Part shown: positions 13,523-23,153 of the stretch, piece by piece | How positions within the stretch are numbered: the stretch's first letter is position 1 | How the letters are laid out: the number at the start of each line of letters is the position of its first letter | From: Mobula hypostoma | Taxonomy: Eukaryota | Assembly: GCF_963921235.1 (NCBI RefSeq) | Contig: NC_086097.1 | Location: forward strand, 114,454,001-114,518,000 | DNA length: 64,000 nucleotides | Reading direction: 5' to 3' | The notes under the pieces: generated by a model | Databases searched by the model: none | The model's input: the letters and a program-made list of their open reading frames with translations, nothing else | What the model was told of the DNA's origin: nothing | Position numbers and translations under genes: made by a program

Positions 13523-13870
13523 CACTCAGTGGCCACTTGGTTAGGTACACCTGTATACCTGCACATTAATGCAAATATCTAATCAGCCAATCATGTGGTA
13601 GAAACTCAATGCATAAAAGCATGCACACATGGTCAAGAGGTTCAATTGTTGTTCAGAGCAAACATCAGAATGGGGAAAAAATGTGATCTGCATGTGGAAT
13701 GATTGTTGGTGCCAGATGGGGTAGTCTAAGTATCTCACAAATTGCTGATCTCCTGGGACAACAGTCTCCAGAATTTACAGAGAACGATGCAAAAAAAACC
13801 AAACAAAATCATCCAGTGAGCAGCAGTTCTGTAGGCGTAAATGTCTTGTTAATGAGAGAGGCCAGAGTAA
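13523..13870 (+). mobile_element. Tc1-derived non-autonomous element (MITE family), partial
   Basis: TA followed by cactcagtggccact.. terminus; transposase N-terminal remnant MIVGARWGSLSISQIADLLG. Confidence 0.8.
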
Positions 13871-15224
13871 CCCAAAATGTGTAGATAGTTTCAAGGTCAA
13901 TTTAGTGCAATACTTAGAATAGCGTTTAGACTGCAAGGCAGGTTTTATCAGAACAAAAGTAGTCATGTAGGAACATTAAAATGTGGGATTATGAACAGAA
14001 AAGCAAGGTCAGATGATTGTTATGTACAAGAAGAATGAGAAATCCCTGCTCAACAAGACCAGCAGAAATCAATAGAGAAAAACAGACTTTTGATTACAGT
14101 TGTGAAACTGTAAGATCCACATGTAACCATTGCAATGTGAATTTTATGAAATACTGGAAGTACTGAACTGTATTATCACTAAGAGCACAGGGAAAATGTT
14201 TAAGGGGAACATGAGGGGCAATGTCTTCCCTCAGGGCATAGTGAGTGTGGAACAACCTGCAGTGGAGGTGATGGATATAGGTTTGATTTTAATATATAAA
14301 AGAAATTTTTGCAAGTACATGGATGGGAGGGCCATGATCCTGAATAATGCATCAGCACAGACTAGAAGGGCCAAAGGGCCTGTTCCTGTGCTGTAGTGTT
14401 CTATAACTCTACTGGTCAGTGAAACATTCTGTGCTGTAGTGTTCTTTAACTCTACGATTCTACTGGTCAGTGAAACTGGTCAGTACTTTTCACTGTAAGC
14501 AAGGCCAAATAAACTGACTTACTTATGAGCCTCATACAGCTATGAGTTTCCCTCAGTGTTGCATTTTGCTCTTAGCCATAATTAAGCGGATTACAGGGTC
14601 CTATGTGAAAGACAGATGTTGAGTGTGGATAAACAGGCATTTTCAAGTGATAAATTCACAATGAATTCCTGAAGACATTGCGAAAGCATTAGTAATAATT
14701 TTTCAAGAATCACTAGATTCTGGAATGGTTCCGGAAGACTGGAAAGTTACAAATGTCACTCCACTGTTCAAGAAGGGAGAGAAGCAGAAGAAAGGAAATT
14801 AGGACAGTTAGTCTGACCTCAGTGGTTGGGAAGATGTTGGAGTCGATTGTTAAGGACGAGGTCTCAAGGTACTTGGAGGCTCATGACAAAATAGGCTGTA
14901 GTCAGCATGGTTTCCTCAGGGGAAAATCTTGCCTGACAAATCTGTTGGAATTTTTTGAAGAAGTGACAAGCAAGATAGACAAAGGAAAATCACTTGATGT
15001 TGTGTACTTGGATTTTCAGAAGGCCTTTGACAAGGTGCCACACATGAGGCTGCTTAACAAGTAAAGAGCCCATGGTATTACAGGGAAGCTTCTGGCATGG
15101 ATGAGTTAGTGGCTGATTGGCAGAAGCGTAAGAGTGTGACTAAAGGGGAGCCTTTTCTGGTTGGCTACTGGTGACCAGTGGTGTTCCACAGTGGTCTGCA
15201 TTGGGACTGATTCTTTTTATGTTA

Positions 15225-16825
15225 CAAACCCCATTTCCAGAAAAGTTGGGATATTTTCCAAAATGCAATAAGAACAAAAATCTGTGATATGTTAATTCAC
15301 ATGAACGTTTATTTAACTGACAAAAGTACAAAGAAAAGATTTTCAATAGTTTTACTGACCAACTTAATTGTATTTTGTAAATATACACAAATTTAGAATT
15401 TGATGGCTGCAACACACTCAACAAAAGTTGGGACAGAGTTAAAATAAGACCAAAAAGTGCACAGAATATTCAAGTAACACCGGTTTGGAAGACTCCACAT
15501 TAAGCAGGCTAATTGGTAGCAGGTGAGGTATCACGACTGGGTATAAAAGTAGAGTCCATCAAAGGCTCAGTCTTTGCAAGCAAGGATGGGTCGTGGCTCG
15601 CCCTTTGTGCCAAAATTCATGACAGAATTGTTAGTCAGTTCAAAAGGAACATTTCACAATGCAAGATTGCAGAGAATTTAGGTCTTTCAACATCTGCAGT
15701 ATATAATATTGTGAAAAGATTCAGAGAATTCAGAGACATATCAGTGCGTAAAGGGCAAGGTCAGAAACCACTGTTGAATGCGCGTGAACTTCGAGCCCTC
15801 AGGCGGCACTGTCTAAGAAACGGTCATGCTACTGTGACAATTGTAGCCACCTGGGCTCGGGAGTACTTCGGAAGACCATTGTCACTCAACACAATCCGTC
15901 GCTGCATCCAGAAATGCAACTTGAAACTGTATTACGCAAGGAGGAAGCTATACATCAACTTTATGCAGAAACGCCGGCGAGTTCTCTGGGCCCGAGCTCA
16001 TCTCAGATGGACCGAAAGACTGGAACCGTGTGCTGTGGTCAGATGAGTCCACATTTCAGCTAGTTTTCAGAAAAAACGGGCATCGAGTTCTCCGTGCCAA
16101 AGATGAAAACGACCATCCAGATTGTTATCAGCAAAAGGTGCAAAAGCCAGCATCTGTGATGGTATGGGGGTGCATCAGTGCCCACGGCATGGGTGAGTTG
16201 CATGTATGTGAAGGTACCATTGACTCTGAGGCGTATATTAGGATTTTAGAGAGACATATGTTGCCATCAAGGCGACGTCTCTTTCCGGGACGTCCATGCT
16301 TATTTCAGCAGGACAATGCCAGACCACATTCTGCACGGGCTACAACTGCATGGCTTTGTAGACACAGAATGTGTGTGCTTGACTGGCCTGCTGCCAGTCC
16401 AGATCTATCTCCTATTGAATATGTATGGCGCATCATGAAGAGGAGAATCAGACAACGGAGACCACGGACTATTGAGCAGCTGAAGTCTTACAACAAGCAA
16501 GAATGGACAAAATTTCCAATTGCAAATCTACTACAATTAGTATCCTCAGTTCCAAAACGATTAAAAAGTGTTATTAAAAGGAAAGGTGATGTAACACAAT
16601 GGTAAACATGCCTCTGTCCCAACTTTTGCTGAGTGTGTTGAAGCCATCAAGTTCTAAATTTGTGTATGTTTACAAAATACAATTAAGTTGGTCAGTAAAA
16701 CTATTGAAAATCTTTTCTTTGTACTTTTGTCAGTCAAATAAAGGTTCATGTGAATTAACATATCAAAGATTTTTGTTTTTATTGCATTTTGGAAAATATC
16801 CCAACTTCTCTGGAAATGGGGTTTG
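15225..16825 (+). mobile_element. Full-length Tc1/mariner DNA transposon (DD34E, IR/DR type)
   Basis: 214-bp TIRs (15225-15438, 16612-16825) with 9 mismatches by eye; TA duplication at both ends; aagttggga motif at both the outer and inner end of each TIR. Confidence 0.95.
15586..16605 (+). pseudogene. Tc1 transposase, frameshifted
   Basis: HTH region (IAENLGLSTSAVYNIVKRF..GQGQKP) and catalytic WSDES, QQDNA and SPDLSPIE, with 34 residues between the second D and E. Frameshift at ~16020; a second is inferred at ~15600 after the likely ATG. Confidence 0.9.
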
Positions 16826-17469
16826 TACATGTTAATGATTTATGTGGTGGAATTGATGGCTTTGATGCAAAGTTTGCAGGCAATATGAAGATAGGTGGAG
16901 GGGGAGGTAGTTTTGAGGAAGTAGAGAGGCTACAAAGGGACTTAGTCAGATTAGGAGAATAGGCAAAGAAAAAGCAAATGAAATATAGTGTCAGGAGTGT
17001 ATGGTCATGTACTTTGGTAGAAGAAATGAAAGGGTTAACTATTTTCTAAATGGAAAGATAATACAAAACACTGAGGCACAAAGGGACTGGGGAATACTTG
17101 TGCAGGATTCCCTAAAGGTTAATTTGCAGGTTAAGTCTGTGGTGAGAAAGTCAAATGCGATGTTAGCATTTATTTCAAGAGGACTCGAATATAAAAGCAA
17201 GGATGTAACGTTGAACTCTATAAAGCACTGGTGATGCCCCACTTAGAGTATTGTGAGCAGTTTTGCTTCCCTTATCTTAGAAAGGATGTGCTGAAACTGG
17301 AAAGGATTCAAAGGAGGTTCACAAAAATAATTCCAGGATTGAATATCTTGTCATATAACGAAAGTTTGATGGCTCTGAGCCTGTATTCACTGGAATTCAG
17401 AAGAATGAGGGGTGATTTCATTGAAACCTATCGAATGGTGAATGGCTTTGATAGAGTGCAAGATGTGCC

Positions 17470-18275
17470 CTGCTGGTGAACGATTCAGAGGTAAGAAGAC
17501 AGGACAGCAGAGTTCAAATGCCTGTCCAGCTGGCCGAGGAGCGAGGGTGGATCACTCTATGCGCCTAGCTGATTTGGAGAGGTCAAGAACTGCTTCTTCA
17601 GCAGCGAAATCTGGGTTTGTAGCAAATCTCTGGGCGGTGTGTTCTATGCTGCTTCAAGGCCCAAGGTCTAATGCAAGGTACAATATGCAGTTTGAACAAT
17701 CTAAACGCAGGCCCAGATCAACTGGAAAGGCAGGATGTTGAGAGTCAGGTGAGGTTGGATCCCTCAAAGCACCAAGCTGATTTGGAGTGATCGAGAATGA
17801 CCTCTAGGTCTAAAATCTAGGCCCGGAATGGTTTGTGGTGGCAGGGTCCGGGTCCTAGTGTGAAGTTTGAACAATTTCAGTGCTGGCCCAGATAGTCTGG
17901 CACTCTGTCTCTCTGTAACACTGAGGCTGTGAGACTGCCCCCCAGCTACTGTGCCTCGCACTGCAAATCTTGCAGTGATTAGCTCTGCTGATATGATGAA
18001 CTGAAAACCAAGGCTTTGGGCCTACTCTGAACCGCTCCAAGGATTCAGAACTAAGGACTCAGTTTAGTTTGGAATGCTGTTGTTGTTGCTCGCTTCTATC
18101 ATTTGCATGGTTTGTTTTGGGTTTTTTTTCTCTCTTACTCTGTGGGAACCGGGGGTTTGCCTCATTTTCTTAAACTGGGTTATTTCCAGTTCCTTACTTT
18201 GCGATCACCTATTCAGCAAACAAATCTCATCGTATAATTTATATATTCTTTGCTAATACTGCACTTTGAATCTTT
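17470..18275 (+). mobile_element. Non-coding repeat ending in a Rex1/Babar-like tail (putative non-autonomous element)
   Basis: Related sequence at 44440-44885; ends gcactttgaatctttgac like the Rex tails in this window; no RT remnant seen. Confidence 0.5.
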
Positions 18276-18279
18276 GACT

Positions 18280-18680
18280 TTATTCCTCGGAGCACAGGAG
18301 AATGAGGGGAGATTTGATGGAAGTACACTAAATTATGGGGGGTATGGATAGGGTAAATGCAGAGCTGGCTTTTTCCACTGCGGTTGGGTGAGACTAGAAC
18401 TAGAGGTCATAGGGTAAGAGTGAAAGGTGAAATAGTAAAGGGGGATCTGAGGGGTAACTTCTTCACTCAGAGGGCGGCACAAATGCGCCAGCTGGAGTGC
18501 TAGATGCCGGTTCAATTTCAACATTTCAGAGAACTTCGGATAATTACATGGATGGGAGGGGTATGGAGGACTATGGCCCAGCTGCAGGTGAGAGGATTAA
18601 GCAGAATAACTGTTTGACATGGACTAGATGGGCTGAAGGGCCTGTTTCTATGTTGTAGTGCTTTATGACTCTATGGTTAT
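18280..18680 (+). mobile_element. CR1 3' fragment
   Basis: agaatgaggggagatttgat (RMRGDL) and the CR1 3' stem/tail. Confidence 0.75.
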
Positions 18681-18789
18681 TATGTGGATGAAGTGAAAAA
18701 TTTGTGGCACAAATTCAGACTAGACTCTGCGTCTGGGTTGGTTATCCTTTGTAATCTCCTGTAACCGAGTGGCAGATTTTAAAATCGAA

Positions 18790-19320
18790 TCACAAGAGAG
18801 ACCAAAGATGCTGGAGATCTATAGCAACAAATTAAAAAAAGCTTGAAGAACTCAGCAAATAAGGCAGCGTCTATGGAGAGAAATTAACAGTCGGTAATTC
18901 AGACCGAGACCCTTCACCTGAACCCTGATGTGTCGTTATGAAGAGTCTCACATTGAAATGTTGGCTGTTTATAGCCTTCCATAGATAATGTCTAACCTGC
19001 GGGTTAGAACGAAGAACACCACAGCATAGTACAGATCCTTCAGCCCACAATGTTGTGCGACCCTTTACCTGCTCTAAGATCAATCCAACCCTTCCATCCT
19101 ACATAGCCCTCAGTTCTCTATGACCCATGTCCCAACCTAAGAGTTCCTTAGACGTCATGAATGCATCTGCATCTACCACCACCCCTGGCAGGGCGTTCGA
19201 TGCACCCAACCACTCTCTGTATAGAAAAACTCAACTCAGACATACCCCCTATATTTTCCTCCAATCACCTTAAAATTATGCTTCCTTGTCTAAGCTCCAG
19301 GACTTTTGTGTGTTGTGACA
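18790..19320. mobile_element. Inverted pair of Penelope 3' repeats with decayed hammerhead motifs, split by a CR1 3' fragment (~19005-19290)
   Basis: gaactcagc..ggcagcgtctatgg..gagacccttca is mirrored by atgaagagtctc..gaaatgttggctg..ccatagat; homologous to 41275-41375. Confidence 0.65.
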
Positions 19321-19398
19321 GACTCTGAAAGTTTTATATACTGTCCATCTAAGCTCAAATGCATTTTCCACCTTCTTTGTTTAACATGCTGCCTGGTG

Positions 19399-19412
19399 CC
19401 AGTAGGGGGCAC
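19399..19412 (+). promoter_or_regulatory. Candidate CTCF binding motif
   Basis: CCAGTAGGGGGCAC fits the CCASYAGRKGGCRS core and lies in non-repeat-looking sequence; motif match only. Confidence 0.45.
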
Positions 19413-19899
19413 TTGTGTAACTGTTTTTGTTCCATGCCTCTGAACTGCTTCTTGCTTCCCATCCATTGAAATAATATCAATGTTATTTCTCGCTCATGTA
19501 CAGAAAAATACATCAATATGCTGGGTGCATATCCTTGCAACAAAACTCAAAACATTCATGGAAACATTGAAAATGGGAGCAGGATTAGCCAATTCAACCC
19601 TTTGCTCCTACTTTTTGCCGGTATCTTTGATCCTTGTCATCTTAAGAATGATATCTTCTTGAATACATTTGATGATTTGGCCCCAACTTCCTTCTGTGGC
19701 ACAGAATTCCACACATTTACCACTTGAAGAGTGAAGAAATTGCACCAGATCTCAGGCCTATGTTTTTAGGCTGTGACCCCTGGTCTGGGCTACTTTATCT
19801 TTCCGGCAATTAGTCTGTCCAGTTCCAGCAGTATTTTAGAAATGCCACTGAATCCTCCTCTCATTCTGCTAATAAGTATACCGTACGTCCAAATAGTCC

Positions 19900-20500
19900 C
19901 AATTGCCAAGGACACAACTGTTGTTAGCAGAATCTCAGATGGTGTGCAGGAGTGAAGTAGTTTGGCTGGTTGAGTGGTGTTGCAACAACAACCTAGCACA
20001 CCATGTCAGGAAGACCGGGGAATTGAATGCGGGCTTCAGGAAAGGGAAGTCAGGAGAACAACATACACCAAGGGTCGGCAGTGGAGAGTGTGGACAGCAT
20101 TTTCTCTGCACGTCTATCCTGGTCCCAACGTAATGATACAGCTACAAAGAAAGCACGCAGCAGCTTTATTTCATAAGGAGTTTGAGGTGGTTTGGTATGT
20201 CAAGTTTCTACAGATGTACTGTGGAGAGCATTCTGACTGGTTGCATCATTGTTTGGTATGGAGGGGCCACTGCACAGGATTAGTAAAAACCGCAGAAGTT
20301 TTAAACACGTAAACACCAGGAATTCTGCAGATGCTGGAAATTCAAGCAACACACATCAAAGTTGCTGGTGAACGCATCAGGCCAGGCAGCATCTCTAGGA
20401 AGAGGTACAGTCGACGTTGCAGGCGAGATCCTTTGTCAGTTTTAAACAGACAGCTCCATCATGGGCACTAGCCTCCCCACCAGAGAGGACACCTTCTGAA
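19900..20500 (+). mobile_element. Rex1/Babar RT C-terminal remnant
   Basis: gagtggtgttgcaacaacaacct; gtggagagcattctgactggttgcatc (ESILTGCI). Confidence 0.7.
20308..20437 (-). mobile_element. 130-bp Penelope 3'-repeat insertion with an 11-bp TSD
   Basis: AGTTTTAAACA at 20297-20307 and 20438-20448; homologous to 41275-41371; decayed hammerhead at its 5' end. Confidence 0.8.
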
Positions 20501-21247
20501 AGGGGTAAGGAGGAGTTTTTTTAGCTGAAGACTAGTGAATCAGTGCAATGCTCTGCCACAGTCTGTGGTGGAGGCCAAGTCAGTGAGTATGTTTAAGCTG
20601 GAAGCTGATCACTTCCTGATCAGTCAGAGCATCAAAGGATATGGCAAGAAGGCAAGTGTATGGGGTTGAATCGAAACCAGGATCAGCCACTAGTCAGGTT
20701 GCACTTGGAGTATTGTCAACAGTTTTGGGTCCCCTTATCTCAGCAAGGATGTTTTGTCATTAGAAAGAGTCACGACGATGATTCTGGGAATGAAGGGGTT
20801 AACACACGAGAAGCGTTTGGCAGCTGTGGGTCCGTACTCACTGGAATTTAGAAGAATGCGGGGGGATCTTATTGAGACCTACCGAATGTTGAAAAGATTG
20901 GCTAGGGTGGATGTGGAGAGGATATTTCCTCTAGTGGGGGTATCCAGAAGTAGAGGGCACAGTCTCAAAATTGAGGCGTGACCTATTAGAACAGAGGTAA
21001 GGAGGAATCTTTTTAGTCAAGGAGTGGTGAATCTGTGGAATGCTCTGCCACAGACTGCAATGGAGGCTAAGTCTGTGGGTATATTCAAAGCAGAAGCTGA
21101 TAGATTCCTGATTGGTTGGGGCATCAAAGGACATGCTGAGAAGGCAGGTCTTCGGGGTTGAATGGGATCTGAGATCAGCCATGATGAAATGGTGGAGCAA
21201 ACTTGATAGGCTGATTCACCTAATTCTGCTCCTATGTCTTATGGTCT
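20500..21247 (+). mobile_element. CR1 3' fragments (two pieces)
   Basis: LVRLHLEYCQQFW and YSLEFRRMRGDLIETY; tail cctatgtcttatggtct. Confidence 0.85.
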
Positions 21248-21329
21248 AAATGTCTGTAAGAAAATGAATCTCGAGGTAGTATATAGTGATAAATATGTAC
21301 TCTGTCAATAAGTTTACCTTGACTTTGAT

Positions 21330-21470
21330 TTCCAGTCCCGATAAATGGTCTCGGGCCAAAATATCACTGCTTTTTCGCCTCCATAGATGCTGCTTGACCT
21401 GCTGAGTTCCTCCAGCAATTTGGGTGGGTTGCACTGGATTTCCAGCATCTCCAGAATCCCTTGTGTTTAT
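21330..21470 (+). mobile_element. Penelope 3' repeat fragment with a decayed hammerhead
   Basis: cagtcccgataaatggtctcgggccaaaatatcactg...ccatagatgctgcttgacctgctgagttcctccagca. Confidence 0.7.
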
Positions 21471-21869
21471 GGAGTGCTTGGAGAAGCTAGATTAACCTTT
21501 AGTCAGATCAACAACGTCAATTCAGTTAAAAAGCTCAAACATTTTCTTGGGCTGTTTGAATTATTTACACTATCAGAAAGTTTATTTTTCTGAAACTTGA
21601 AAATGAAAATCTATTTACAAAAATCTCTTACTGGACTGCAGCAATCTTTCTTTACATTTTCTTTCTCCACTTGGTGGTGCTAAGCTGGCGATCTTTGATG
21701 GAAGAACATACTGGCCTTCTGCTGCTCCAACTCATCCACTTCAAAGTTCGACGTCTTGTGCATTCAGAGATGCTCTTCTGCACGCCACTGTTGTAACAGG
21801 GGGTTACCTGAGCGCTGAGCCATTGCTGTACACGCTGCTCATACCTGACTGCACGACCAAACACTCGAG

Positions 21870-22745
21870 TAAGCAGAATCTTGTTTAATATCACCGGCAT
21901 ACGTCGCGAAATTTGTTGTCTTTGTGGCAGCTGCACAATGCAATACACAATAATAATAAAAAATGTGAATTACAGTAAGTATTAAATACTTAATTAAGTA
22001 AGTAGTGCAAAAATAGAAATAAAAGAAGTGGTGAGGTGGTGTTTATGGGTTCAATGTCCATTCAGAAATCAGATGGCAGAGCGGAAGAAGCTGTTCCTGA
22101 ATCATTGAGTGTGTGTCTTCAGGCTTCTGTACCTCCTTCCTGATGTTAGCAATGAGAAAAAGGCATAACCTGGGTGACCGGCATCCTTAATGATGGACTC
22201 CGCCTTTTTGAGGCATTGCTACTTGAAGATACTACGGAAGCTAGAGCCCATGATGAAGGTGACTAAGTTCACAACTCTCTACAGCTTATTTTGATCCTGC
22301 GCAGTGGTTACCCCCCACCCCCCCGCACCCCAAACCAGATGTTGATGCAGCCAGTTAGAATGCTTTCCAGGGTACCTCTGTGGAAATTTGCGAGTGTTTT
22401 TGGTGACATGCCAAATCTCCTCAAACTCCTAATATAACTATATAACCATATAACAATTACAGCATGGAAACAGGCCATCTTGGCCCTTCTAGTCTGTGCT
22501 GAACTCTTACTCTCACCTAGTCCCACCAACCTGCACTCAGCCCATAACCCTCCATTCCTTTCCTGTCCATATAGCTGTCCAATTTAACTTTAAATGACAA
22601 CATCAAACCTGCCTCAACCACTTCTGCTGGAAGCTCGTTCCACACTGCTACTACCCTGTTCCCCCTCATGTTACCCCTAAACTTTAACTCTCAACTCATG
22701 TCCTCTTGTTTGAATCTCACCCACTCTCAATGATATACAGCCACT
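21870..22745 (-). mobile_element. Rex1/Babar 3' part containing a CR1 3' insertion (~22430-22730)
   Basis: RSLRRFGMSPKTLANFHRGTLESILTGCI on the minus strand; antisense CR1 tail ataaccatataacaattac. Confidence 0.75.
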
Positions 22746-23135
22746 GTTCAGCACAAGATGGAGATAGAAGATGCCAGAATGGAAAGGTCATAGCCTGCAG
22801 GATGGAGTGGACTTGGAATGGGGTCAGGAGTCGATGACATCCGGGGGAAATCGATGGAGAACGAACAGACGAGAAAATCGTGAGCTACAACATGCACATT
22901 AAAATGGGCCTTTTTCCTTTTTGTCTTCTTTACCAACCCTATAGTCAAGTTAAGAATTATAAAGCTTAATCATTGAACTGCATATGGTGTACTGTTTGTT
23001 ATTTCGTGGTATGGATTTGTAGCAAGGGAAAACATCACGCAGCATCCACACAAATGAGATTTCACAAGTTTGGTGGGGCCTGAAACTACCTTCCCCTAGA
23101 CTAATGCTGCCGGCCGAACCTCAGGGTTACACCTG

Positions 23136-23153
23136 TGGGGGCTCGTCCGGGAT
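23136..23153 (+). other. Primer-binding site complementary to the tRNA-Pro 3' end
   Basis: TGGGGGCTCGTCCGGGAT, the canonical 18-nt PBS-Pro, 4 nt after the LTR end. Confidence 0.9.

Larger units (their letters stand above)
14670..17460 (+). mobile_element. Decayed CR1 ORF2, split by a Tc1 insertion
   Basis: VSLTSVVGKMLESIVKDEV...YLDFQKAFDKVPH before the Tc1; PHLEYCEQF...LYSLEFRRMRGD after it. Confidence 0.85.

Noticed and set aside
13970..14010. WD40-like peptide NIKMWDYEQKSK
   Set aside because: Very short, with a poor acceptor and weak donor; likely chance.
14385..14485. Local ~40-bp duplication
   Set aside because: Simple slippage duplication at a CR1 tail end; no sign of function.
23136..23153. 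Endogenous gammaretrovirus suggested by PBS-Pro, or a tRNA gene
   Set aside because: Gag/pol motifs are Gypsy-type, no env is seen, and only the 18-nt tRNA complement is present.
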